From Takakia lepidozioides (lineage: Eukaryota; Plantae; Bryophyta): DNA of 64,000 bases. Shown here one piece after another: positions 50,735 to 62,390 of this stretch. The stretch lies in NCBI GenBank assembly GCA_030704615.1, contig CM060733.1, forward strand, positions 64,852,001 to 64,916,000, given 5' to 3'. The notes under the pieces are model-generated. The model searched no databases. It was not told the DNA's origin and saw nothing but the letters and a program-made list of their open reading frames with translations. Made by a program: the position numbers and the translations under genes. Numbering within the stretch: the stretch's first letter is position 1; the number at the start of each line of letters is the position of its first letter.

Positions 50735-52947
50735 CTCTTTCAAGAACTCGTTGTACCTGCATTGCTGCATAATTGACCTGACACTGTCCTCCGTTGTGGC
50801 CGTGAGGATGTCCACCAGATGCGCCGCAGAGGAGGCACGCCAGGAAGAATGCACTGATTCGGCCATGTTTGTCGTGGGCATGTTGGTGTCGGAGTCGAGA
50901 CACATTTCCTGCACAAGCACATGTTGAGGTTACAAGCAAGTTACAAATAATGCCAAGAATAATATTCAACGGGACGCGAATTCGTGCAACTCACCTCCCG
51001 CATATAGTCGCCGAACTGGAGGAAACAATAATGCCACCATGCTAGCCAACTGACCATTGCTCCCTCGTCTGATTTCCTTACAGCACCTGACGATGTCCAC
51101 CAAGCCCGTATACATGCAAACTGTGTCTCTGCATCATCCAAGGTGGGAGCGCGCTTCCACGCAAGACACATGGAACGGTGCTCCTCTCTGAAATCTGGCG
51201 CCACGAGCCTGGTTGTGTACTGCGAAAGGCTCTGCAGAAAATGGAACCCACAAGATCTCTCCTTGCCTTCCATGGGAACATTGGGGTCTTGCCCGTATAC
51301 CCTTCGGATGGCAGCCCAATTTGCTTGTGCGTTGTCCGCCATGAAACCACGGAAATTGGGAGGGGGCAATCCCGCCTTGGCCATCTGTTCGTTTATTCCC
51401 TGCCAAAGAAGCATCTCCGATTGTGTGTCCTCTCCTTTCATCTCACAAATAGCAATTGTCATTAGCATCCTGCAGTGGGTGTCGTAGACATGTGCACCCA
51501 TTGTCACCCACTGGTGATTTGTAATTCGCTTGATATGGTCGAACATGACCCAACTGTTTGACAAGTCCCCACTCGTCATCCTGTCGACCAGTTGGACACC
51601 GCTGCCAGGTCCACACGTGGACATTTTGAATACGAAACAACGATCTGCCTCAGTCCCTTGTCCTGGAAACCTACTTCCATGAATGTAGTCATATCCACAT
51701 CGTCGCTTCACCTCCAGAATGGAGTGCATATCCGAGCCACGCCCAATTTTCTGTTTGCATGAGACAATGTGGTTTTGGACATTCGGTGAACATACGTGGG
51801 ACACCGACTCCAGCAATGCCTCCATTTCCTTCTCATCGAGAGGAACTCTATCGGAGCCGTCTTCCGACATAATTCTGGCCAAGGCCATCTTATGGGCAGC
51901 TTGGAGCTGTATCTGTTTGGGTTTGGCACCCGGTCTCAACTTAACCTCCTCCTGAACGAGCTGCTCTGCCTTGTGGGCAGCCTCTCGCGAGTTCCCCCTC
52001 GCCAATTTGTGACAATGGGAACCAACGTGTATGCAAGCTCGGGTGAGGTCAGGGAAACGGTGCAACACATAGAACTGCTTGGCATTACAAACAGACATGC
52101 AGTGTGGTGGTTCTTTGCAATGCGCACACTTAAATGTGGAGTTCGGAACCTTCTCCTTAGCACGAAATGGTTGATGAGCTGTGCCTGTCCAATCGGTCTC
52201 GTTCCTGTGACCTCTGGATTTAAATTGGAAGCACGTTGGGGAGAAACACCGCAACGCGCCCGCACAAACAACGTAGCACACCCGTACACCATCGAGCATC
52301 TTCATGCTGGTGGTTTTGGTGACGCACCAAGGATGACCATCATGTTTTCTATCCATATCTGTCGACATTCCGGACGCCCTCGAGTAGTCTGTCCGAGGAG
52401 GGAACTCAAAGAAGATATTACCGTCGACGTCTGCGGGAAGGCATGTAACTGATTTAATTGCAAACTTGCTGTAGTCCAGCCCGGCCAGCTCCGAGCGGTG
52501 TCCCTCCATGTGAAGCCCTCGCAGAATTTCAAGAATAGATCGAACTGCGGTGCTTGTGCTGGGAATATGACTCCCTCGTCCACTGATGTCCATTGAGGAC
52601 TTGCCTGATCTCCAGGACGACCTCGGAACTTCCATGACCTCGTTTGAGTCGGACAGGTTGTGAACAACCCCGTTCTCGCTCGTCTTCATGGATGGGTTTG
52701 GCTCTGGATTTACTTCGTTGCGGACTTCTCTCTTTTGAGGTAGCCACTCTCTGATTCGCGGATTGTTTCGTGGAAGGCGCCAAGATAGAAGGTGCATTTG
52801 GCGGGCAAATGAAGTCCCCAACAGCCCTGTATATGACGTTGTCTGATGGTGGAACTCGCCATTCCCTGCCATCGCCGAAATCATCGTGGAGCACAACATA
52901 CTACTCTCGACAACAAGGCCGTTTGAGTCCTTCCTTTCCTCCTCCAA
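50735..52947 (-). CDS. MULE/Mutator-type DDE transposase with GCM-like Zn DNA-binding domain; 3'-truncated
   Basis: DGHPW...CAGALRC...CAHC...C...HVGSHCH (GCM/WRKY-like fold); VMFDH, FMADNAQA, RSCGFH (CxxH); intron 50909-50994; next exon PTTNMAESVH supplies the catalytic Glu. It breaks off against the end of copy 1. The true N-terminus is unclear. Confidence 0.85.
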
Positions 52948-53379
52948 AAAAAACCGACCCCGGTTTCAGGTGGTATCGAACGCACACATATTTCTCCATC
53001 ACCCGGCAGATGTCCCTCTGCACGGAAATGAAGCTCTATGCTCGTGAGGAGGGCAGTACACTGTAGCGCTCGGGTTTTCCGCCATGGGAGATGTGCACAC
53101 AATACTCCCAGGATGGCGTGCGGGCAAGCTCCCTGGTAGAAGGGGGATGCAGCGATGGGAAGGAATGCGGTGCCGATTTGTCCGAGCGACGAAGCCTGAT
53201 CCAAATCCAGGGAGCCAACTATCTCAAAAATCCACAGTCAGAGTGTTAATGAACCTTGTCTCAGGAATGCGGCCCCTGGTCTTTGCGCAATAACTGCCAA
53301 CGGTATGCAGTCAGAAAGTGGGGGGGCGTCCGGATGATGTCGGCTGGGGAGAAGCCGGCAACCGGCCGTCTAGTCACAT

Positions 53380-55560
53380 TACTACCCCCGGATGAAAATT
53401 CGGCACCGAATATCCAGCAGGGGCCGCACGTATGAAGTCGCCTCGGGCAGAGAGGCCGGAACCTGTCCGACAGAGAACAACCCCCGGATGGAAATTCAGC
53501 GCCGAATTTCCATTCGGATCCCCCCAAAGGAAGTCGTGTCGGGGGGTCAGGCCGAAAACTAGCCGACATAAAAACCTCCCCAGATGGGAAAACGGCGCCG
53601 AATTTCTATCCGGGGCCGTTCGGATGCAGTCGGGGGGGGGGGGGAAGGCCGGCACCTGGCCGTCACATTTCAACCCCGGACGGAAATTCGGCACCGAATA
53701 TCCAACAGGGGACGCCCGGACGAAGTCGCCTCGGCGAAGAGGCCGGCACCTGTCCGACAGAGACCATCCCCCGGATGGAAATTCGGCGCCGAATTTCCAT
53801 CCGGGCCCCCTCAAAGCAAGTCCGGTCGGGTGGTGAGGCCCAAAACTGGACGATATAAAAACCTCCCAGGATGGAAAAACGGCGCCGAATTTCCGTGCGG
53901 GGGGTTCGGATGCAGTCGGGGAGGGGGGAGAGGCCGGCACCTGGCCTCACATTTCAACCCCCGGATGGAAATTCGGCACCGAATATCCAACAGGGGACGC
54001 CCGGACGAAGTCGCCTCGGGCGGAGAGGCCGGCACCGGTCCGACAGAGACCATCCCCCCGATGGAAATTCGCCGCCGAATTTCCATCCGGGCCCCCTCAA
54101 AGGAAGTCCGGTCGGCTGGTGAGGCCCAAAACTGCACGATATAAAAACCTCCCAGGATGGAAAAACGGCGCCGAATTTCCGTCCGAGGCCGTTCGGATTT
54201 CCCTTCTAGCAGTCAAGGATTCCACGAAAAACGTGTCTAAAGTGGACTTCAGCCACAAAACTAATAGTTTACTTTGTTTTTCTCCGAAAAACCAGGCGCC
54301 ACGCTCAGAATTACCTGCAGGAAGGTAATTCGGCGATTCGACTTACCTGGCGAATGGAAATTCGGCGCCGAATTTCCATCTGCCAGCGATCCGAGTTTCC
54401 TGCTGGATGGAAATTCGGCTCCGAATTTCCATCCTGATCCGCTCCGAATTACCTGCATGACGCAAATTTTGCGCGCCGCCCTACCCGCAAGATGGAAATT
54501 CGGCGCCGAATTTCCATCCATCCGCTCTCCGACCAACCTGGCGGATGGAAATCCGGCGCCGGATTTCCATCCATCCGGCTCCGAATTACCTGCGTGGCGG
54601 AAATTTCGCGCGCCGCCCTACCTGGCAGGATGGAAATCCGGCGCCGGATTTCCATCAATCCGGCTCCGAATTACCTGCGTGGCGGAAATTTCGCGCGCCG
54701 CCCTACATGGCAGGATGGAAATCCGGCGCCGGATTTCCATCCATCCGGCTCCGAATTACCTGCGTGGCGGAAATTTCGCGCGCCCCCTACATGGCAGGAT
54801 GGAAATCCGGCGCCGGATTTCCATCCATCCGGCTCCGAATTACCTGCGTGGCGGAAATTTCGCGCGCCGCCCTACCTGGCAGGATGGAAATCCGGCGCCG
54901 GATTTCCATCCATCCGCTCCGAATTACCTGCGTGGCGGAAATTTCGCGCGCCGCCCTACCTGGCAGGATGGAAATCCGGCGCCGGATTTCCATCCATCCG
55001 CTCCGAATTACCTGCGTGGCGGAAATTTCGCGCGCCGCCCTACCTGGCAGGATGGAAATCCGGCGCCGGATTTCCATCCATCCGCTCCGAATTACCTGCG
55101 TGGCAGAAATTTCGCGCGCCGCCCTACCTAGGATGGAAATGCGGCGCCGGATTTCCATCCATCCGGCTCCGAATTACCTGCGTGGCGGAAATTTCGCGCG
55201 CCGCCCTACCTGACAGGATGGAAATCCGGCGCCGGATTTCCATCCATCCGCTCCGAATTACCTGCGTGGCGGAAATTTCGCGCGCCGCCCTACCTGACAG
55301 GATGGAAATCCGGCGCCGGATTTCCATCCATCCGGCTCCGAATTACCTGCGTGGCGGAAATTCCGAATTACCTGCGTGGCGGAAATTTCGCGCGCCGCCC
55401 TACCTGACAGGATGGAAATCCGGCGCCGGATTTCCATCCATCTGGCTCCGAATTACCTGCGTGACGGAAATTCGCGCGCCGCCCTTCCTGGCAGGATGGT
55501 AATTCGGCGGATTTCCATCCTGCTGCTCTCCGAATTACCTGCATGACGGAAATTTTGCGC
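53380..55560. repeat. Palindrome arrays between the transposase and ParB-MTase copy 2 (three ~287-bp units, then about twelve 84-85-bp units)
   Basis: The 30-bp palindrome starts at 54543, 54628, 54713, 54797, 54882, 54966, 55050, 55131, 55216, 55300, 55410 and (degenerate) 55494. Confidence 0.95.
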
Positions 55561-55735
55561 GCCGCCGTACCTGGCGGATGGGCATTAAATGTCCACCGCC
55601 GTCCGTTTTTATTTGGGCTGGCGACACATGGCTTCCTCGATACGTACCCTAAATCTGATGCTAATCTTGGATTTACTTCTTTTCGAGGCATGTACCCCAA
55701 AAAACTGAGATCTTTTTCCATTTTGGCTGGGTCTT

Positions 55736-58700
55736 ATGCCGCCTGAAGGGCGTGGCTCTCCTGAGAGAGACCTCCCATCCAGACTGCGGTGGAAGTTGAA
55801 AGCTTTGTACTACGGACGACGGCCAAACTTAAGCTCCAGCAGGAGATTCCAGTGTCTTGCTCACAACCCGCGCTAACTGAAGCCGAGTACTCTCAGGCAA
55901 GCCACTTCTGCTTCCGCTTTGTTCGCTTTCGCTTTGTTGTTTCGCTTTGTTGTTTGGCTTTGTTTTTGCATCTTCATCCTGGCATCGCTAGAAGCATGTC
56001 ATTCTTAGGCATTGGTTGGATTTGCTTTCATTGTTGTTCCACGATTGTTGCTATGGTGGTTGCGCTGCTCGTTGCGATGCTGGTTTTGGCACCGATGTTG
56101 GTTCTGACGATTTTGGGAATGACAGAGTGACGACGAGCCCGGCACGCTGGTGGTATCATCGACCGCTCCAACTCATCACATGTTTGAATCGCCCAACTTG
56201 GGGCGAGAGGGCAAACTTCAACCTTTTGTTGGTGGACGGGAGGACCTGCAGCGAGGGTACGACAGAACAGGCATTGGTGAGGTTGGTGCAGACGGCATGG
56301 CAGTTGAAGGGCGTGAGGACGTGAGGACAGCAGATCCGGCAATGGAGGTTGTTGATGCACATGCATTAGGGCCCGCCCACGCAAAGAAGAAGAAGAAAGC
56401 TAAGCACATGCAATCCCCGGCGAGAGAGCCATCACGGGCTGCGGAGGGGGGAGTGAGCAGTGCGCACGAGGGTGTTCCTTCTCCTCAATCAAAGGTCCAT
56501 CCGGGCTCCCCTGCTGCTAGCCCTAGTAAGAAACAGAAAGCCCGTGAGAGGGCAAAAGAGAGGGCAAAAGAACAGGCGAGACAGAATGCTAGCCAGGAGG
56601 AAAGAGAAAAGGCCACTGAAGAGGCCAGGGGTGCCCAAATGACAGATGCCAATGTAAGCGAGGGACACACAGAGACGGTGGATCCCTCCAAGACACCACA
56701 AAGAGGCAGTAACACACCGGTTACACCATCGCGGACAAGAGCAGCACCCGCAATTACCCATACGGTGGAGAGTGGAGGAGAGGATAGAACACCACAAAGA
56801 GCACAGATTGTGCAAGTTCGAGGTGAAGCCGGGGAGATGGCAGTAGAGACAAGGAGAGTGCTCGAGGTGGTTTCGCCGGTGGTTCACCATGTTGAGGAGG
56901 ACGACACCGAGCTTTCTGACCAGGATGACATCCTCCCGGACATCCCCAGGCCCCAAACCCGCAGCATACAGGCTGGATTTGGCGGTCCTGGTGGGCTGCC
57001 GGAGAACCCCTCTGCAGCAGACGTCATGTCAGAGGCGGATATGAAGTTGGCCGCTGCCAAGATGTTGGAGGCAACCCACAGCAACATTGGCAGGGTGCTG
57101 GGGGGCATGGTGTACCCGGCCAAGCTTCGAATTCCCCTTTGCCGCTTGGTGTCGTTGCAGGTGGTGAGACCTGCCCTCCTAGGCGATATCGACAAGCTGA
57201 AATTCTCTTTCCGGGATGGATATCGAATGGGGTCTGCCGCGTTTTACGTTTCCCCTGAGAACGACCACGGAGCTTCCCGTGCCCACACTTCCGATGAGGT
57301 GGACAAATGGGGTCCCCATTGGCAAAGGCGAAATGAGGAGTTCGAGAGATCGATTGTTACTGATCCTCTTTTCCAGCACTTGTCCGGAAAGATGTTTTAC
57401 GTGTGGGACGGCAATCATCGCCTCCTGGCATGGATGGAGCACATAGCCGAAGCCCACCCCAACGACCTCGATTGGCATTTTGCCGTGGAGTGTGTTGTGC
57501 TGAAGGTTGCGGGGCCCAAAGATCGCAATCTTCTCAAAGCTGCAATGGCGGACATCAACTCATAAGTTACAACACATCTTGCTTTTGGACCCATCCGATT
57601 GTAAGTCATTTCATTGCGAATCCTCATATTTGTTGTAAATTCCCATTTCAGAATTGTTTGATGGAAATGTGGCATTGCAGGGTGACTGAGAATGCCTTCA
57701 TTGCCACCAACTTGTCCCATATGCTCTTCCGAGTGAAGGATGTCGGGAAGCAGGGGGTGCAAGAGTTTGCCAATTCGCTCAGTGCCGACCTCCTGCGCAA
57801 GTCGGAGGCAAAGGCAGACAGAACCTGGTATAGGCTGAGCATGGATGCCATGGTGGACTACATATTTAGGGTAAAGCTCCTTTTGTTGAGCTAATCTGTC
57901 TCTCCTCCCCCAATAGAAGAAAAAGTGTTGAGCAGGATCTCTAATCTTATATGCGCATTCTTGATAGACGAAAATTCAGCAGGATTTGGCACATGCGAGG
58001 AGGTTCTACATGAAGTCAGAGGAGAAGAATCTAACCCTCCCGGCACTTGAATCGTATCTCAAAGCTGCGGAGGTGAGGGCCCGCATAAAGTACAAGTCGC
58101 GGATGGTAAAGTACGTGGCCATAGCTGATCCTGCCCTTGGTGCCGACTTTCTGGTGGAGGTGGGGAAGCACTACTCCCGCGCTCTGAAGCCCACGATGAC
58201 ATTGGAGAAGCTCCATCGTCTAGCCACATCCTGTGTGGATGGTGCAGAAAAGGTGATACATTCTTAACCAAATTGTGGTGGCAACAACTCGTTTTTGTGG
58301 TGTTTGGCGCTTACGAATATGCTGGGTGGTTGGACAGACCCGGTGGCTCCAAATCTGGAATGGTTCCCAAAGTGCAAGGGACATGTGGAGCTTCCCCAAA
58401 CCGGACAAACTCTCTGACCCCACATTCGACATGTGGATGAACCGCATGACATGGTGGTTTCAGGTACTTCCCCACGCTTCGTTTGGCGCTTCTACTCTTG
58501 TAGGGGGTGGATTCATTGTATTTTTTCAGCAATGCGATCTGATGGAGAATCTCCACAGGTGACGACGAATGCGTAAGAGCAGCTGGACACACAAGCACAT
58601 CAGTTCAAGATGGAGATTTCTCCTGCAGCAGAGAGCCTACGCGACTATGTGACGAGGTACTTTCTGCTCTTCAAAACCGACCTATTCTTTCGGGAGATAC

Positions 58701-61700
58701 CAAATGCCCGCCGGAGCCACGAGTTCACCGACCAGCCGAATGCGGACAAAGCAGCAATGCGCCTTCTATACAGGTACATACGCGATGCCTTCCTTACAGT
58801 CCTTGCATTTTTCGCCGAATTTCCAGATCAGGGCTCCGAAAATGGCTAAGTCCTTAGGGTGGCTGGCCCTGAACTGGAAATTTGGCGCCATTTTTCCAAG
58901 GTCATATGGGACAGCCATTTTCGGGCCGGACCTGGGAAAATGGCGCCGAATTTCCAGTCAGGGCTCCGAAAATGGCCAAGTCCCTAGGGTGGCTGGCCCT
59001 AAACTGGAAATTCGGCGCCATTTTTCCAGTTCTGGGCCCTATTGCCGTTCTGGGATAGCCATTTTCGGGCCAGACCTGGGAAAATGGCGCCGAATTTCCA
59101 ATCAAGGCTCCGAAAATGGCTAAGTCCCTAGGGTGGCTGGCCCTGAACTGGAAATTTGGCGCCATTTTTCCATTTCTAGGCCCTATTGTTGTTCTGGGAC
59201 TTAGCCATCTTCGGGCCAAACCGGGAAAAATGGCGCTGAATTTCCAGTGCAGGGCTCCCAAGATGGCTAAGTCCCTAGGGTGGCAGTCACCGAAAACCGA
59301 AATTCGGCGCCATTTTTCCATTTCTAGGCCCACTCAGATCCGCCCCAACCTGGGAAAATGGTGCCGAATTTGCAGTTCAGGGACCTCATTGTGTTTTCAT
59401 GAATGCAGGTACTGCAAGTTCTCCGTTTTGGAGAAAGGTCATCTGTCTTTCGAGCCACCATTCTTCCTGGCATGGAGGAACCCTGGGGCTGACTCCATGT
59501 ACACTGACGATATTGTGAAGGAGTGGCATCTGGAACATTTGCGTGATTGCCCTTGGTATGTGGACCTTCCGCCCGGCATGCTCGACCCATCCGAGTTTCA
59601 ATTGAAGCTGGATGCTGAGGCCCGACGAAACCGTGTTCCGCTGCCTCCGCTGGGTGCAAAAGAGGCAAAAGCGCTTGCGAACTCCAGGAAAGCGGCAGAG
59701 CTTGCTCAGGCAGGAATTCAGGAGAAATTGAATGAGAAGAGTAAAGGCCAAAGGAAAAGGACAAGGAAATAGGTGAGTGCAGTTACACCCAAAAAACAGA
59801 AAACCATCAGGGCATCAGAGCAGGCGCAGGAGGGGACCCAAGAGAGTGACTCGGACGACGACTTTGTTCAAGGTCCTGCGACTGCTGTTGCTGCTACCCA
59901 GTCACCGGTCGTCCAGGTTCCCAAGTCAGTTCGGAGTGGGACTGGCTCTGCCAAGAAGTTGGCATTTGAGGGCGAGCCTACACGGCGGTATTCGGCGGTG
60001 ACGTTTACGCACAGGCCAAAGGTAGAACCTCCAACCATCATCCAATGCGTCAATGAGAGCTTCCTTGACGCTCTCGCTACCAGGGCAAAGAAGGTGGCAC
60101 ACAGCAAGTCTCTGGCGGAGCAGAAGGGGAAAGCCAAGAAGAGGGCTGCCAGTACAGAGCCTAAAGACACCCCTGGTTTTGAAGCCATGATGGAATTCTT
60201 CACGGCTGTGAGCACGGATTGCAAGAGCACTCGGGGGGGGGGGGGGGTTTGAGGTGGAGAGAGCTTGCGACATGATTCTCCTCGACATTCCAGATGGGGA
60301 GCTGCTGGAGGGCCTGGATGGTGTGCCCACCTGGAACAGGTTTACTGAGGACTACTGGAAAGCCGGGTTTGGGCTGGCGGGGATGCTCCTGGATGACGGT
60401 GGATGTGTGGTTGTCCTTGCCACAAGAGGGAAGACCACAGAGAATGCTGTGGCAAGGTGGACACCGAAAAGTGTCACCCCGGTCCTCCTCAGAAAATGGT
60501 TCTGCATCAATACACAGGGGTTGCGAACAGAGGGCCAAAGTGTAAGTTATCAATCTATTGCATTCACCTCATATTGTGGTGTATCTAAACAAGATCTTGG
60601 AGTTGATCCCTATTTTGTTGGAACAGACATTGGTGTTTGAGGCATATTGCTTTGTGAAGAGAGGGTCTACGTTCAAATTCCGCAACGACGGTCGTCTTGT
60701 TGATGCCGCTGTGGACCCTGTTACCTACGATGTCCTCTACAACTATGTGCCCCACTCCAGTATGCCAAAGGACACAAAGACAGGCAAACCGTGGCGGTAC
60801 AGCCGGACCCGGAGCCCTGCTTTCATCCAAACCCTCATGGAGACGTGCTCGGATGTCCAAGGGCGGATTCTGGACCTCACATGCGGCACGGGCAAGCCTT
60901 CACGTGCTCAGTTTGTCCCCTGGCCTGATTGCAATTGCATGCCGCAAGCTATTAACCGCCCGCTTTGTTCCTCAGGTGCTTCAATGTGGGCAGGGACGTT
61001 GTCCGACAGGCATGTGTTTGCCTTCGAGCCAGATACTGCCCTCCACAACTCGGAACTTGCAGCGGCTGAACGTCTGCCGAAAGAGGTAGAGGCATCCTCG
61101 GAGGATGAGGAAAAATCCGAGAAGGAGCAGGGGAGGAACAAGTTGGGATCGAGGCCGAGGAGCCCCCGGTGTACGAGTGAGTGGTCGCATTGTAAGTTGC
61201 CTCCAGATTTTGTGAGGCACCTCCCTTCGCTCTCTTATTTCATTGAAAACCCTTTTTGCTTCTGCTGGTATTGACATTCTTGAAGTGGATTTGTTCTTAC
61301 TGTAGGATGCCAAGTACGGCAGGAGGGACGTCTACACCGGAGTTCATGGGCAGGAGGAACGTGCCTTTTTTGCCAGGGGGGATTTCATGCCTAGTCCAGA
61401 AAGGGACTACATCCTTCCTACTTATGCTGCCCGGCTTGCTTCGGTGTCCATTAGGAGGTGTTCCGAACCTAGTCGTGTACAACATATTTTAGACGAGGCA
61501 AGCCTCAAGAAAATGAAGATGAGGGAGGAGGCAACAGCTATTAGAGCCCGTCGGGCTCGTAGATTTGTGTTGGATTCTGATGAGGAAAGTGGGGGAGAAG
61601 AGGCAAAAGATTCCCAGGAGGTGAGGTGGACAGTCCCCCAAGGAGAGGACGGCATTTTTGAGAGGCATACTGCAACCGATGCATCACAGAGCTCGGAGGA

Positions 61701-61764
61701 TGGGGGGGATGAGGGGGATGAGGAAGAAGGAGGGCCAAGTTCCTCGGAAGGTGTAGGAGAGTAG
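55736..61764 (+). pseudogene. ParB/Srx-like + beta-class amino-methyltransferase-like multi-exon gene, copy 2 (most complete)
   Basis: 471-aa ORF with DGNHR (57407-57421). Later exons carry CDMILLDIPDG (60284-60295), RSPAFIQTLMETCSDVQGRILDLTCGT|GASMWAGTLSDRHVFAFEPD and an acidic C-terminus. Lesions: 16-nt deletion in exon 1, GT>AT donor at ~57562, premature stops, frameshift at ~60250. Confidence 0.85.
58810..59380. repeat. Intronic tandem array, copy 2 (short form)
   Basis: Same ~146-bp unit family as 47220-48870, about four units. Confidence 0.88.
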
Positions 61765-62390
61765 TTCCCATTCCTGCTATGACAGTTAGGACACACTTGT
61801 ATAGACGTGGCTTGCCACCAAATTTGCAATAAAATGTTGCATTTCATTGCTATGACGAGTCCACATGACCCTATTTCCGTGCCTCCTAACCCTATTTCCG
61901 TGGACACAATTCGGCCCGCTCATGCTTTTTTTTTTCCCGCTCATGCTCATGCCGCTCATGAAATAGCAGCCCCCCTCCTGGGGGTTCCTCCTCTCCCACT
62001 ACAATTTCTTTCTTGTTGCAACATGACACCACAATATGCAGCCCCCTACCTGTGCAGGTCCCTCCCTCCCACAACCCCCTTTGCGCTTTTTGGGTATTAA
62101 GACAGGCCACCACAAGTTTGAACCTCCTGTGAGGGAGTCAGCAATCTGCAAAGTTGCATTTCTCATGGCACAAAATGGAAAAATGTATAGAAGACTTTAA
62201 TAACAGATTTGGATTCCAAGGAATAGACAGTAGATAAACCCTTGTATCATGAGGTATAGAGGGCAAGAAAGTGGTGCTTCATCCTGCTAGTGGAAAATGG
62301 AAAAAACTGCTGGGACCAAAAGGAAAAACAAATAAGAAGATGCAAATCCTGCCACAAACCTAAGAAATCAGTACAGCAAATGCCCACTTA

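Larger units (their letters stand above)
42610..61975 (+). mobile_element. Head-to-tail duplicated MULE-type element (copy 1 ~42610-50730 lacking transposase; copy 2 ~50735-61975 or beyond)
   Basis: 42610-50730 is collinear with ~53480-61975, with substitutions and array-length differences. Terminal repeats and TSD were not identified. Confidence 0.75.

Noticed and set aside
54540-55520. CRISPR-like appearance of regularly spaced ~30-bp palindromes
   Set aside because: The intervening sequences are near-identical rather than unique spacers, there are no cas genes, and the context is eukaryotic. It is a tandem repeat.
53374-55721. Long ORFs (up to 336 aa, MEIRRRISI repeats) on both strands; same at 42500-43900 and 48186-48895
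   Set aside because: By-products of stop-poor palindromic repeats that are open in several frames at once.
60233-60250. Poly-G tract before the MTase motif as a phase-variation switch
   Set aside because: The run lengths (15 G here, 24 in the inverted copy) differ by a multiple of three. The frameshift comes from one extra T, and long homopolymers are error-prone in assemblies.
56150-61100. Bacterial or phage contamination as the source of the ParB and MTase motifs
   Set aside because: The motifs are split by spliceosomal GT/GC-AG introns and embedded among plant TEs and plant gene fragments.
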